From positions 1,922 to 65,921 of the forward strand of contig CANEDP010000006.1 of the NCBI GenBank assembly GCA_947426305.1: a stretch of DNA of 64,000 bases, in the 5' to 3' direction. The notes beneath the pieces are model-generated. The model was not told where the DNA came from. It saw only the letters and a program-made list of their open reading frames with translations, and ran no database searches. Positions 30,814-42,146 of this stretch are shown here, one piece after another. Within the stretch, counting starts at the first letter, position 1; every line of letters starts with the position of its first letter. Origin of the DNA: an uncultured Clostridia bacterium (GTDB lineage Bacteria > Bacillota > Clostridia > TANB77 > CAG-508). The translations under genes were made by a program, and so were the position numbers.

Positions 30814-31401
30814 ATGAAAATAGAAAAACTTAACGAAAATAGAATTCGATTTACTTTTAACCATTCAGATTTGCAAGAAAATCATATTGATGTGCATTCT
30901 TTTATGGCTAATTCCATTGAAAGTCAGAGTTTGTTCTTGACCATGTTAGATGAAGCAGAACGCGAAATAGGTTTTGTGACAGATAACTACAAACTTTGTA
31001 TTGAAGCAATTGCACTAAGTAATGGTACATTTATTATTACTGTTACTAGAATGGAAAAAGAGACTTTAAAGTCTACACGCGTACAGGCTCGCAGAAAGAG
31101 CAATTTAACTCAAAATAATTTGCTTATTTATCAATTTTCAAATTTTGATGATTTTTGTAATTTTGCAAACTTTTTGACAATTTCTCTACCAAATTTAGTT
31201 GAACAATTATCTAACTCAAATTCATTATATCAATATCAAAATCGCTTTTTTCTAGTTTTACAAGATATTGATGGTTCCTATACTAATGTGTTATCTAGTG
31301 CCATTAGCGAGTTTGCTGTTTGTGTGGAAAGTTCGGAATTGATTTTGAATAAGATTAAAGAATGTGGAAAGTTGGTGACAGAGCAGGCAATACATAAATA
31401 A
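30814..31401 (+). CDS. mecA: adaptor protein MecA
   Basis: MKIEKLNENRIRFTF.. N-terminal domain and C-terminal SLYQYQNRFFLVLQ..ECGKLVTEQAI, co-linear with the Bacillus MecA pattern. Confidence 0.8.
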   Translation: MKIEKLNENRIRFTFNHSDLQENHIDVHSFMANSIESQSLFLTMLDEAEREIGFVTDNYKLCIEAIALSNGTFIITVTRMEKETLKSTRVQARRKSNLTQNNLLIYQFSNFDDFCNFANFLTISLPNLVEQLSNSNSLYQYQNRFFLVLQDIDGSYTNVLSSAISEFAVCVESSELILNKIKECGKLVTEQAIHK

Positions 31402-31404
31402 AAT

Positions 31405-31496
31405 TGTAGAGCGATTAGTAGTCGTCCCCCCATATCACATTTTGCAATTATTTTTGCAAATTTTTGGTGAAGTGGACGATTAATAATCGCTCCTAC
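31405..31496. terminator. long imperfect inverted repeat between convergent mecA and prfA (bidirectional terminator-like)
   Basis: GTAGAGCGATTAGTAGTCGTCC.. pairs with ..GGACGATTAATAATCGCTCCTAC. Inner TTTGCAA/TTGCAAA hairpin. Confidence 0.55.
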
Positions 31497-31497
31497 T

Positions 31498-32571
31498 TTA
31501 TTCTTCTTCATTTCCCTTTAATTTTTCTGCTCGATCGGTTGCAATTAAGTTGTCAATCAACTCATCTAAGTCTCCATTTAGAAAATTTTCAAATTGAAAA
31601 ACACTCATTCCAATCCTGTGATCAGTAATTCGACCTTGTGGATAGTTGTAAGTTCTGATTTTTTCACTTCTATCACCAGTCCCTACTTGACTTTTTCTCG
31701 CATTAGCAACTTCTGAGTCTTGCTTTTCTTTCTCGATTTCATACAATCTTGAACGCAACATTTTCATGGCATATTCTCTATTTTGCACTTGCGACCTTTG
31801 GGTTTGGCATTCCACAACAATTCCACTTGGTTCATGAATTAACCTCACCGCTGATGAAGTTTTATTGATATGTTGCCCACCAGCACCAGATGCTCGAAAT
31901 ACTTCCATTTTTATATCCGCAGGATTTAACTCAATTTCTACATCTTCTACTTCTGGAAGCACTGCTACTGTAACAGTTGACGTATGAATTCTCCCGCTAC
32001 TTTCGGTATCTGGAACACGTTGCACTCTGTGTACTCCGCTCTCAAATTTAAATCTGCTGTAAGCTCCTTTTCCTGTTATCACAAATGTAACTTCCTTATA
32101 ACCACCTAATTCAGTAGCATTTTCATTTACAATTTCTATTTTCCAGTTCTTTCTTTCAGCATACATGGAATACATTCGAAATAACGTGCCTGCAAACAAA
32201 GCTGCTTCTTCGCCTCCTGCACCTGATCGAATTTCACAGATAACGTTGTTATCGTCATTTGGATCTTTGGGGATTAATAAAAATTTTAATTCTTCTTCGA
32301 TTTTGGGTAATTTTTCTTTTGCATCTTCTAAATCCATACTTGCTAATTCTTTTAATTCTGGATCGTTTAGCATTTCTTTTGCGTCTTCTAGTTGCTGTTT
32401 TACTCTTTTATATTCTCGATACTTCTCAACAACATCCTCCAAACTCCCATGCTCTTTCATCAATTTTTGCCATTCGGATTGATTGCTAATCACTTCAGGA
32501 TCACTAATTAACCCATTCAATTCCTCATATCGCTTTTCTACGCCTTCTAATTTTTGAAACATTTTATTCAT
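31498..32571 (-). CDS. prfA: peptide chain release factor 1
   Basis: 357 aa with GGQHINKT (GGQ) and RF-1-type sequence throughout. Confidence 0.95.
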   Translation of the reverse strand: MNKMFQKLEGVEKRYEELNGLISDPEVISNQSEWQKLMKEHGSLEDVVEKYREYKRVKQQLEDAKEMLNDPELKELASMDLEDAKEKLPKIEEELKFLLIPKDPNDDNNVICEIRSGAGGEEAALFAGTLFRMYSMYAERKNWKIEIVNENATELGGYKEVTFVITGKGAYSRFKFESGVHRVQRVPDTESSGRIHTSTVTVAVLPEVEDVEIELNPADIKMEVFRASGAGGQHINKTSSAVRLIHEPSGIVVECQTQRSQVQNREYAMKMLRSRLYEIEKEKQDSEVANARKSQVGTGDRSEKIRTYNYPQGRITDHRIGMSVFQFENFLNGDLDELIDNLIATDRAEKLKGNEEE

Positions 32572-32603
32572 TCCTTTCTAGTGGTATTATACACCATTTT
32601 TTT

Positions 32604-34196
32604 CTAATTTTCAAGGCTTATTAAGTTATATTCTATTTTTAATTGATTTAAAACTTGTTCTTCTCGATTACTACACGTAAAAATAACAATTTGATTATCG
32701 TAATTTTCGTCTTGCAAATGGCAAATAATGTTTTTTAAACGATGATTGTCAAAATAAGCAAATGTTTCATCAAACAAAATCGGCATTTTCTCCTTGGAAA
32801 TTTCTGACAAAATACTTAAACGCAGTGCCAAATACATTTCATCAATTGTACCCACACTTAGCCTATCTACTGGCATATAGGCTCCATTTTGAACCTCCAC
32901 TAATAAACCGCTTTCATCATTTATCGTAATATTTTTATATTTTCCATCTGTAATATTAGAGGTAATCTCACATAATTTTTGCTCAAATTTAGGGTTTAAA
33001 TTGTTTTTAATTTCCTCATAAGCCTTACTTAATGCCTCTTTCGCAATAAGATACGATGTCTCTAGTGAAAGTAATTCTTCTTTGATACGCTTTTGCTCTT
33101 CTAATGTTTCCTCAATTTTTATTAATTTTTCCAAGCTTTCATCAATTTTTGATTTTTCGGCATCCATTAGGGTATTTTTGAGCTTTAAATCATTCATTTT
33201 CACATCTATTTTTTCGATTTCTTTTTCTATTTTGCTAGTATCTAAATTAGAATTTTTTGCTTTTTGCTGACGCATTTTTAATATTGCAATAACTGTAATT
33301 AGTCCTAAAATTGCTGGAATCATTGCTATTCCAATTTTTTTCAATACGAAAAGTAACACAGAAATTGCAAAAAAGAATATCCCTAAAAAAATGCCAATTT
33401 TGATTTTTAGTTTCATTTCTACATTTTTTATTTCATTATCATTTGAGACTTGTTTTTCTTGTTTTAACTTATCTTTTTTCCCTTGCAATTCTTGCAATTC
33501 AAGTACAATATGTTCTTTTTGAGTTGCATAATTGATTAAACTTTGCTTACCATTTTTCAAATTATCTCTTTCGTTTGTTAATTTTTTTATGTTGTCATTT
33601 GCAATATTGATTGGTTTTTCTTTGGTTCTTTCGGTTCCAATTTTCTCATTTTGCCATTTATTTAAGGTATCCATTGATTTTTTAAAAGAGATTGTATCAT
33701 CACCAGTTGAAACTAAATTGCTGATTTTTTGAACAATAGCATTAGTATCAGCCTTTTCTAATTTTACCTCTTGCTGGCTAATGATGGCCGTATTGCAAAA
33801 TAAATTTTCATCAATTCCTGTTTGCTCTTCCAAAAAATGAATACTTTTGGTTTTATCCATTTTAAATTGGCTAGAAATATCTTCATTATTTTGGTAAATG
33901 ATTGGATTTTTCTTTTTGAATTCTCGAAAAATCTCGTATTCTTCCCCATTATCCAAAGTATACTTTATTTTTCCTGAAAATTCTGAATCTTCCCAAGGTT
34001 TATATTGGTCAAAATCAGATATAGCCTTGCCATTTTTGTTCTTTGACAAGCCATAAAAAAACGCTTGAATGCACTTCATTAAGCTTGATTTTCCAGCTTC
34101 ATTTTCTCCATAAATGATGTTGATTCCGTCTTTTAATTCGATTTCTTTATTTTTTATTTTTCCAAATCCATTGATTTTTATTTTATCAATTCTCAA
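32604..34196 (-). CDS. YhaN/SbcC-like AAA ATPase with central coiled coil and TM segment
   Basis: N-terminal Walker A GENEAGKSS. Long coiled coil. C-terminal LSVGTIDEMYLALRL and ILFDETFAYFD. TTG start. Follows the yhaO-like nuclease gene. Confidence 0.75.
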   Translation of the reverse strand: MRIDKIKINGFGKIKNKEIELKDGINIIYGENEAGKSSLMKCIQAFFYGLSKNKNGKAISDFDQYKPWEDSEFSGKIKYTLDNGEEYEIFREFKKKNPIIYQNNEDISSQFKMDKTKSIHFLEEQTGIDENLFCNTAIISQQEVKLEKADTNAIVQKISNLVSTGDDTISFKKSMDTLNKWQNEKIGTERTKEKPINIANDNIKKLTNERDNLKNGKQSLINYATQKEHIVLELQELQGKKDKLKQEKQVSNDNEIKNVEMKLKIKIGIFLGIFFFAISVLLFVLKKIGIAMIPAILGLITVIAILKMRQQKAKNSNLDTSKIEKEIEKIDVKMNDLKLKNTLMDAEKSKIDESLEKLIKIEETLEEQKRIKEELLSLETSYLIAKEALSKAYEEIKNNLNPKFEQKLCEITSNITDGKYKNITINDESGLLVEVQNGAYMPVDRLSVGTIDEMYLALRLSILSEISKEKMPILFDETFAYFDNHRLKNIICHLQDENYDNQIVIFTCSNREEQVLNQLKIEYNLISLEN

Positions 34197-34237
34197 ATTT
34201 TTATTCCTTTCTGTAAGCGGATCAAGACCACGCCCCT

Positions 34238-35312
34238 CTATGACATGGCATTTAATCCGATTTCGATTGCTTTTTTGATTTGTTCTTCCGTGTATTTTCC
34301 ATTTTGGTATTGTTTTATCATTTCTTTTACAAATATTCCACGCAAATTATTTTCTTTAGCGATTTTTTCAAGATCATAAGCAATTCCGTGTGTTGTCTTT
34401 TATTTTTAGAATATTTTCTTGTTCGATTAAATTTAAGATTTCTCTTGTATTAATTTCAAATTGTCTATTTCCAGTCAAAATGATTTCATATAAATTCATG
34501 GTATCCAATTTTAAGTTGTTCATTTTTTCTACCAAATCTTCTTTGCAGAAAAAGTTATCCACATTTAGTTCGTATTTTGTGAATAATCGGTCATCTAATT
34601 TTATAAAATTCGTAAGCAAACTTTTCCCATTTAGTTCGCCAACAATCATGCCATGTTCGCCTGTTTCATCAAATCCAAACGAAATCGTAGAACCTGGATA
34701 TACAATTTTTTTGTTTGGTATAAAATTTGTTTTGTGGATATGTCCCATTGCAACATAATCAAATTCTAAGGTATTTAATTTGGATTCTAAAATTGGTTGA
34801 TAAGAAAATCCATTTTCGTCTTGATTTCCATTTAAATCGCAATGTGTTAGTAAAAGATTAATTTTACTAGGATTTTTAATTTGTATTTTTTCAATAATAG
34901 ATTGATTTTCATAAAAATCTGTAAAAGCAGTCATGTAAATATCAATCTTTTCGCCTTCCACAATTTCCCACGGATTCTTGCAAATTTGTACATTTTTGCT
35001 CCATTGGAAATCTTGATAATACGAGCCTTTTATGTAAGGGTCGTGATTTCCAGGGCTAATGAAAATCTTTGTATTGTCAATTTCCTGAAACAAACTATTG
35101 ATATATTCAATGCTTGATTTTCTAACATATGTGTGTTCATATAAATCTCCTGCGATGAGCAAATATTCTATTTGATTTTGTTTGACATAATCAATTACTT
35201 TTTTGAAAACTTTTCTTTGTTCTAGTCTTCTCATGTCACCTAAATTTCCAGTATTGCTGAGTTCAGTAAATGGGCTGTCAAAGTGCATATCTGCTATGTG
35301 AACAAATTTCAT
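34238..35312 (-). CDS. YhaO/SbcD-like metallophosphoesterase, interrupted at in-frame CGG (34386..34388)
   Basis: Motifs HIADMHFD, GDLYEH, GNHD, GHIH. The zero frame stops 4 codons after aca-CGG-aat. Reading C|GGA opens 47 further codons (GIAYDLEKIAKENNLRGIFVKEM..AIEIGLNAMS), ending 41 nt before the next gene's TTG. Confidence 0.75.
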
Positions 35313-35401
35313 TTAATCACTTCCTTTTTATGAATTTTACCATAAAGATTTTTATTCGTCAATAAAATATGAAAACTTGTTCGGTTTTTTGTTTTTAGGT
35401 A

Positions 35402-35430
35402 TTGCAAAACTCACTATTATGTGTTATAAT
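35402..35430 (+). promoter_or_regulatory. sigma-A-type promoter (TTGCAA-17-TATAAT with TGn)
   Basis: TTGCAA 35402..35407, TATAAT 35425..35430, followed by ATAGGAGG and ATG 35475. Confidence 0.55.
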
Positions 35431-35902
35431 AGTAGTGTTTTATGTTATTTTTTGACAATTATAGGAGGATTTTTATGAGTATTAAAGCAAAATTTTGTAG
35501 TATATCAACCAAATCCGGAACAGCGTACTTATCTTTGTTCCACTCTCCATCATCCATTTTTGATGATTTGTGCGATATTTTTATCGTCCCAGAAAACTCA
35601 GCATTACCAACCTTGCGGTTTGCCTGATCATCACGCCATGAGTGCTTGTATATTTTCACACCACAGTCAGATATGTACTCTTCCCTATCTCCATTGTTTT
35701 CAATTATGAATTCTTCACATCCATTTATTCTCGAGTTAGATATTGTCGACCTCGCGGATATTTTTGAAATTCAGAGGATTGTAGAGGAAACCATAAAATG
35801 GAAAGAATGTTGGTATGATGTTACATTTTCTTTGGAAGATTATGTATATGGTTCAATCAATTTTCCTGATTCTAAATATTATGTAAAATTTAGCTGAATT
35901 AT

Positions 35903-35937
35903 AAAATCCGAGAAGCCAAACTGGCATCTCGGATTTT
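35903..35937. terminator. bidirectional terminator
   Basis: AAAATCCGAG..CTCGGATTTT hairpin between the plus-strand unit ending 35897 and the minus-strand gene stop at 35944. Confidence 0.75.
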
Positions 35938-35943
35938 ACTATG

Positions 35944-38900
35944 TTACTTTTTAACTGCTTTCTCAAGAATTCTCGGTTTCTTTTTCGCGCTATGTTTTCC
36001 TTCGATTATGATTTTTCCTGATATCATATTGAAAAATACGATAACAGCTACTATTACAATCAAACTCGTCTCAAATCTATGACCTGTATATAATAATTTG
36101 CCTAAGGATTTGTCTTTTGGTTTTTTCTCTGTATTTTTATTTTGTGAAGTATCTCGCGTATTTGACAAATCTGTTGTTGTATTTTCAGTTGTAGAAGTTT
36201 GAGAATGATTGGTATCATCTTTATTTTCTGGCGTTTCTTTAGCAAGCAATTTTCCTGTTAATGTAAGTGTTTCTGGTAATTTGTAATTGTTTATTAATTC
36301 TTGATTGATGGAATTTTCTTTTACTGTTAATTTATAATCTCTGTCTTTTTGTAAGGTTACAAATTTGTCCCCCAAATTTGTGTTGTCGTAATTGGTTTTA
36401 TCGACTACTTCTAGGGTAATATTTTCTTTGTCGCCTTCGACTATTCCCTGTAATTTAAGATTTGTTTTATCAATTTTTACTTCTGTTAATCCATCATATA
36501 TTTTATCCACTAATTTCAAACCAATTATTTCTACTGGTTTTTCATGAATAACCAAAACTCCTTTTATGCCTGTGTTGTACTCTGTGCCATTATAATTTAT
36601 TTTTAATTCATAATCGTATTCTCCAACTTTTGATGGCTTATCCAATGCATTTTCATAATATTCCACAATTGATGCGTTTTTTTCATTTTCATAAGAAACA
36701 CTCATTGGATTGGCTTCATATGTTTTCTCGCTACTTGTTACTTTGATTCCGTCAATTAAATCACAAATTGGACATTTTTCATGCGAAGTTGAAAAGTTAG
36801 GATGTCCTAAATCTTTGTCACATTTGCGATATAAGTTATTAATTGTTAAATTTTTCGTCAACGTATTGCCCGCATTGTCGGAAATTTCAAATACGTATTC
36901 TCCATTTTGGGTTGCTACGTATTCTGTTCCACTAATTTCATTTCCATTAACCGTAAATTTGCTTACTCCAGAAAGTTTATCTGTCGCTGTAAATTTCGTA
37001 GAAAATAATTCTGTATCCGAATTTTCATTGTTGTTACTAACTAATTCTGGTAGTGTTAAATCTAGTTTATATTTTCCAAAGATATGATCCGAACTGTCAT
37101 TCCCAGCATTGTCGTATCCAATCATGTGTAAATAGTTTTCCCCTTCTGAATCAATGGTAATTGGTCCTGACTCTCCTGTAACAGTCTTCCATTCCGTTGG
37201 CATAACTCCACTATTTGTTATTGCGTACTTGTAATTTTGCACTTTACTTCCGCCTTCATCTGATACCTCAACATCAACTGTTACTGGCTCATTGGTCCAA
37301 TCCGAAAAACTAGGATTTACTTTTACTTCTGGTGATGTTTTATCCACTTGATATGGTCCATAAACAATTTCATCACTAATATTTCCAGCATTATCATGCA
37401 TTTTCATATGTAAATAATATTCTGATTCACCAGAAATTGTAAATTTTGCATTTTCTTCTTTTACCATTTCACTCCAATTTTCAGGCGTTTCTTGACTTTC
37501 CGTAATGGCGTATTCATATCCAGCAAATCCACTTCCTCCTTTATCAGAGAATACTACGTTTATATCAATTGACTCTTTTGTCCAATCTTTATTTTCTGGC
37601 ACAATACTTTTTACTTCTGGTTTGCTTAAATCGATTTTGTATGGTCCTAAAACTCTGTCTTCACTTACGTTTCCTGCATTATCCTGCCCAATTATATGTA
37701 AATATTTTTCGCCTTCTGCGTTAATTGTTACAGTATCTTTTTCCTTCAAAATTAATTCATTCCACGAAGCTGGCGCTTTTTCGCTGTCTGTTATTGCATA
37801 CTTGTATCCTTTTACTTGGCTTCCGCCTTTGTCAGAAAATGTTAAATCAACTGTTACTGGTTGATTCGTCCAATCACTGCTTATTGGTGTAGCAATTACC
37901 TCTGGAGCATTAGTATCTTCTGTTAAATTAAATATTCTTGAAAATTCTTCTGATTTTTTACCTGCTTCATTGGTAACCATCAAACTCATGGTATAACTTC
38001 CCGTTTGGTAATTGCTAAAATCTGTTATAGGTACATTCTCACTATATAACACATTTCCATCTTTTTTTACTTTCCAATTTTCCTCTGTGATTTTTGTTCC
38101 TGCTGGGTCATAAGAAGTATTTTCAATTTGCAATTTTTCATATTTCGATAAAGTAGAATTTTTAATATCAAACGATGCCACTGGCGTCGAATTGGCTGTT
38201 TCAGCGCTATACATCACATATTTTGTACTTGGAGCACTCCAAGTTTCTTGAAAATCTTTGACTTTTAATTGGATAACATAAACATCATCTTGCTGAATAT
38301 TACTTAATTTTCCGGCTGTCCATTCTTCATCTTCAACTTTTTTGTATTTCCATTCCTCTTCTGAAATACCATTGTTATTGGAATAATTGTCTAAATCATA
38401 TGACGTACTTGTTAGCGTTACATTATTTTCTGATTGTGATACATTAAAATTGGCTACTGGCCTTCGATGTACATAAATATATTTTGAAACAATATTTCCG
38501 TCCTCATATAGCAATTCATAGCGACCTGTTTTATCAAAAGATAAATCTAAATTTGACATATACTTTCCGCTATTTTGGAATTGCCCTAAATTATTTTCAA
38601 AATACGTATAGTCATGATTCACTTTCCATTTGCCTTGAGGATATTCCGGTGTAGCAGTATCTGTTTTTACATTTTCTGGTGTGACTTTTAAGTTTACTGG
38701 TTCGCCAATTAATGCATATTGAGACGTTTTTGATCCATTCATTAAAGATTTTATATATTTTACAGTCTCTTGAATTGCTTTTGTATAATCTGTATTATCA
38801 ACAAATTTACCATTGTTGTTATTAGCTTCAATGACTTGATTTAATTGCGTTTTGTTTTTATCCGTTCCCCAAAATATAGGATTAATTTGTTCATTGATTA

Positions 38901-39888
38901 ATTTTGTTTGCAAAAAAGCAAATTCCGCTTTGTCTTTTAGTTCTTCATTTTCGTAATCATCAACATTAACTAAAAATCGTAATGAATTTTCTCTCCATTC
39001 TGGATTGCTTAATACTTCCTTGAATTTTTTTACCGTCGTAGTCGTTAGTTTGATATTTCCTAATGTGAATGCACCAATTTTACTGCAATTATGCGAATAA
39101 TGGTCCGAAAAGAAACCAAATCCATAACCATATTCAGCATCCATTGTATAACTAATTGGTGATTTCAAACCTCCACCTGAAATGATAATTTCTGTATCAG
39201 TTGATTTGATATTAAGCCTTCCACTTGTTGCAATGTCTACACCTTGCACAAAAGTTTTAGTCATATTGGTTGTGTTAGTTCCAATTTGGTAAGTGAATTT
39301 CCAAATCGCACCATATTTTTTGCCTGCTGTCGTGTACCAAGATTTGCCAGATTTATTAAGGCTTAACATATAGCCTGTTAAGGTATTTCCCGTTTGTTTT
39401 ACTCTCAGTAGCATTCCAGCGCTGTTGAAACTATCGCCAAAATCAACAGAATAATCGAAATTAATTTCCTGTTCCTGCTCTTTTTCGGGAATAATCCAAA
39501 TGGCATTTTTTCCGGCGTACTTTTTATTTCCTTTCATAACAATATTTTGACCATTATTTGTCATTTCAAAAGTTCCTATTGTAGAAGATACATCTGTGTT
39601 CCAATTGAATGAATTCTGTATATTGGCCTCAACCGCTTCAACTGCATTAATTTTTACTTGTTCTGGCGAAATACCTTGATTTGTCAATTCCTCTTTCAAA
39701 TCTGCTTCAAAATTATTAATATCAACCTTGGTTTTTGATTTTGCCAAAACAATATCAATTTCAGGACATGGCACAACATTCACATCTACATTTTCTTTCG
39801 CCAAACTTTGCACCATGGGAAAAAAATATTGAGTGCCTATCATGAACACCGTTACGAGTATGACTGTAATTTTTTTAAGTTCCTTCAT
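35944..39888 (-). CDS. large surface protein (1314 aa) with PKD-like and Ig-like tandem repeats and C-terminal anchor
   Basis: Signal peptide. Two PKD-like units (RPVANFNVS.., TPVASFDIK..). Three ~96-aa repeats. YDG-type (KIYDGLTEV) modules. C-terminal sequence LLYTGH, then a hydrophobic stretch, then a basic tail. Confidence 0.85.
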   Translation of the reverse strand: MKELKKITVILVTVFMIGTQYFFPMVQSLAKENVDVNVVPCPEIDIVLAKSKTKVDINNFEADLKEELTNQGISPEQVKINAVEAVEANIQNSFNWNTDVSSTIGTFEMTNNGQNIVMKGNKKYAGKNAIWIIPEKEQEQEINFDYSVDFGDSFNSAGMLLRVKQTGNTLTGYMLSLNKSGKSWYTTAGKKYGAIWKFTYQIGTNTTNMTKTFVQGVDIATSGRLNIKSTDTEIIISGGGLKSPISYTMDAEYGYGFGFFSDHYSHNCSKIGAFTLGNIKLTTTTVKKFKEVLSNPEWRENSLRFLVNVDDYENEELKDKAEFAFLQTKLINEQINPIFWGTDKNKTQLNQVIEANNNNGKFVDNTDYTKAIQETVKYIKSLMNGSKTSQYALIGEPVNLKVTPENVKTDTATPEYPQGKWKVNHDYTYFENNLGQFQNSGKYMSNLDLSFDKTGRYELLYEDGNIVSKYIYVHRRPVANFNVSQSENNVTLTSTSYDLDNYSNNNGISEEEWKYKKVEDEEWTAGKLSNIQQDDVYVIQLKVKDFQETWSAPSTKYVMYSAETANSTPVASFDIKNSTLSKYEKLQIENTSYDPAGTKITEENWKVKKDGNVLYSENVPITDFSNYQTGSYTMSLMVTNEAGKKSEEFSRIFNLTEDTNAPEVIATPISSDWTNQPVTVDLTFSDKGGSQVKGYKYAITDSEKAPASWNELILKEKDTVTINAEGEKYLHIIGQDNAGNVSEDRVLGPYKIDLSKPEVKSIVPENKDWTKESIDINVVFSDKGGSGFAGYEYAITESQETPENWSEMVKEENAKFTISGESEYYLHMKMHDNAGNISDEIVYGPYQVDKTSPEVKVNPSFSDWTNEPVTVDVEVSDEGGSKVQNYKYAITNSGVMPTEWKTVTGESGPITIDSEGENYLHMIGYDNAGNDSSDHIFGKYKLDLTLPELVSNNNENSDTELFSTKFTATDKLSGVSKFTVNGNEISGTEYVATQNGEYVFEISDNAGNTLTKNLTINNLYRKCDKDLGHPNFSTSHEKCPICDLIDGIKVTSSEKTYEANPMSVSYENEKNASIVEYYENALDKPSKVGEYDYELKINYNGTEYNTGIKGVLVIHEKPVEIIGLKLVDKIYDGLTEVKIDKTNLKLQGIVEGDKENITLEVVDKTNYDNTNLGDKFVTLQKDRDYKLTVKENSINQELINNYKLPETLTLTGKLLAKETPENKDDTNHSQTSTTENTTTDLSNTRDTSQNKNTEKKPKDKSLGKLLYTGHRFETSLIVIVAVIVFFNMISGKIIIEGKHSAKKKPRILEKAVKK
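37051..37908 (-). repeat. three tandem ~96-aa coding repeats (aa 661-946 of the 1314-aa protein)
   Basis: Each unit reads PEV..DWT(N/K)(Q/E)..V(D/N)..FSD(K/E)GGS..Y(K/E)YAIT..(E/S)..YLH(I/M)..DNAGN..GPY. Confidence 0.8.
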
Positions 39889-40151
39889 TTTAGCTAAATT
39901 TCTCCTTTTTTCATCTTTACTTTATTCTTTATTATAATAATTTAAAGGAAAAATCAAATATCTTTTTGGTTACAAAATAGGGAATTTGTTAAGGATGCTA
40001 GATTTACAGCTTTTATTACATTTCAGTTACAGAAAAATCAGGAAAAAATAGAGATTTTCGATAAGTTGGTAATTTGTTCCCCCTATTTTTTACATTTTGT
40101 AAGGAAAATCTAAATTAAAAAAAGACACCTAAATTGGCATCTTTCTCTTCT

Positions 40152-42117
40152 CTAATCTTCCAAACTTCCAAACAACTCATCAAATTTCGCTTCTAATTCT
40201 TTTTGGATATCCGTCAATTCCTCGTCCTTTTTGGTTTCTTCTTTATTCGAATCCACTGGAAGCTGATTGGCTGGATTTGGGTCTGATTTTAGTCCTTCCT
40301 CTTCTTGGAACAAACTATCCAAATTTTCCAACGTCTGTGGATTTCCACCTTTATTTTCTTGACCTTCCACATAAGGATTGTATGGATTATATTTTCTCCA
40401 TGGACCTCTATCAATTTGAACACTATTATGGTCTGTTTTAAATTTCTTAATCAACTTTCCTTCTGGATATTTAAAATAGTAATATTTATTGGCTTTTACT
40501 GGCTTAATACCCTTTTCATAAATAATACACATATCTTCGTCCATTCGGCGAAGTTCATCTGGCGTCATTAGCGCTCTACCCATGATTTGATCAGATTGAT
40601 TTAAACCTTGTTTCCAGTTATCTCTGTCTTTATTAACCGAAATATTATCTCTTGTAATAGTTTTTTCTCCCAATGCTTTCGAAAAATACTCTACCGTTTT
40701 TTGTGAGTTAGAACCCAAAAACAAGTGTGTATCACAGTTACCTAAAATCGTTTCATGAGCATCTTTGTAAACTGCTTCTAATTGGTCCAAGTTTTGCAAA
40801 ATAACACTAAACGAAATTTTTCTACTTCTGGACGTTGATATTTTTTTATCAAAATCCGGAATTTGACCAATGTTCGCAAACTCGTCTAGGATAAAATAGG
40901 TTGGAACTGGCAATGCTCCGCCATTCAAATCCGCAAAATCGTATAATTGTTGAATCATTTGCGAGAAAAAGATTGTCAACAAAAAGTCATACGCTGTATG
41001 TGTATCAGAAGAAATAACATAAACTGCTGTTTTCTTTTTACCAATTGATGTAAAATCAATAGTATCCGTTGACGTTACTTCTGCAATTTCTCTTGAGTCA
41101 AATTTACCAAGTTTTGATTGAAGAGTACTCAAAATCGAACCATACGTTTTCTCTGGCGCAATTTCAATGGATTTATAATTCATTCTAGCAGGATGGTCGT
41201 ATGGCAATTGATTCATCAAATTCGTCAACAAGTTATCTCCACCATTATTGTTGGCTGCCCTTACTAATTCAGAACAACTCGCTAAATTCTGTTCTTCAAC
41301 TGGTCTTACTGCTTTTAAGTAATAAATTAGCGCCTTTAGCAACATCTCACCCATATCTTCCCAATAAGGATCCGAACCGCCACCCTCACTTTGTCCTTTC
41401 ACAATTGTGTGGGCAATAACGTCAACATCAATTTCGCTATTAATATGATGAAGTGGATTATATCCATCACTGTTTTCAGGACGTACCAAATTTAACACTT
41501 TGATATCATAACCTTGCGACTTAAAATAGCCTGCTGTATCATCATAAAGTTCACCTTTAGGATCTGTAAATACATAGGAGCCAAGTAATTGTAAGGCATT
41601 TGGTTTAACATAAGAAGCAGATTTACCAGCACCAGAACCTCCGTACAACTAAAACGTTAACGTTACCACGTTTATCAACTGGCAAACGATTTTTTTCTGC
41701 CAAAATAATTCCTTTATTTTTACTTAAAACTCGATATTGTTCGCCATTTTCGCTCCAATCGCTCGAACCATTTTCGATATCTTGAAATTCATGCTTTGGA
41801 AGCGATTTCAAGATTCCTATTAAAGCAAAAAATCCACAAACCATTAAGTAATATTTTAAAGTTTGCAAAAAAGCAGAAAAATATGTACTAAAGCATTGCC
41901 CCAAACTGGACAATGGCTTTTGAATATTATTAAATAATTGCGTAAAGAAAACAGCCCAAAAGTCTTCTCCTGCTTTTGAAGCCATTAATCCTTCTTGAAC
42001 AGATACATTAAATGGTGCTACACCCATAATTGCAATTACAATTACTACGATTAAATAAACAATTAGTTTCGTTTTTATTCTTCGAATTGCAGCCTTTATT
42101 TTTTCAAAAAAACTCAT
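40152..42117 (-). CDS. VirD4/TraG-type type IV coupling protein, interrupted at in-frame CGG (41641..41643)
   Basis: N-terminal ORF with 2 TM segments ends ..NVNVLVV-RRFWCW*. Reading gta-C|gga-ggt gives VV-GGSGAGKS (Walker A) and continues into the 498-aa ORF (TDPKGELY, DEFANIG). Confidence 0.8.
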
Positions 42118-42146
42118 AATTTATCACCTTTTCTTCTGTAGATTTA

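Noticed and set aside
31278-31511. 77-aa minus-strand ORF spanning the mecA end and the mecA-prfA inverted repeat.
   Set aside because: It overlaps the mecA 3' end and a long hairpin, has no SD, and its sequence looks like translated repeat and terminator.
35616-35618. A tenth in-frame CGG (ttg-CGG-ttt-gcc-tga) in the plus-strand ORF starting at 35475.
   Set aside because: The +1 continuation (GLPDHHAMSACIFSHH..) is not protein-like. The same zero frame simply continues past the TGA, and the opposite strand looks more like the real coding strand here. It is not counted as a recoding site.
35625-35627. In-frame TGA as selenocysteine or stop-codon reassignment.
   Set aside because: TGA is used as a normal stop elsewhere in the window (for example sod and the DnaJ-like upstream frame). 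No SECIS-like hairpin was noticed, and the surrounding frame looks like an antisense shadow.
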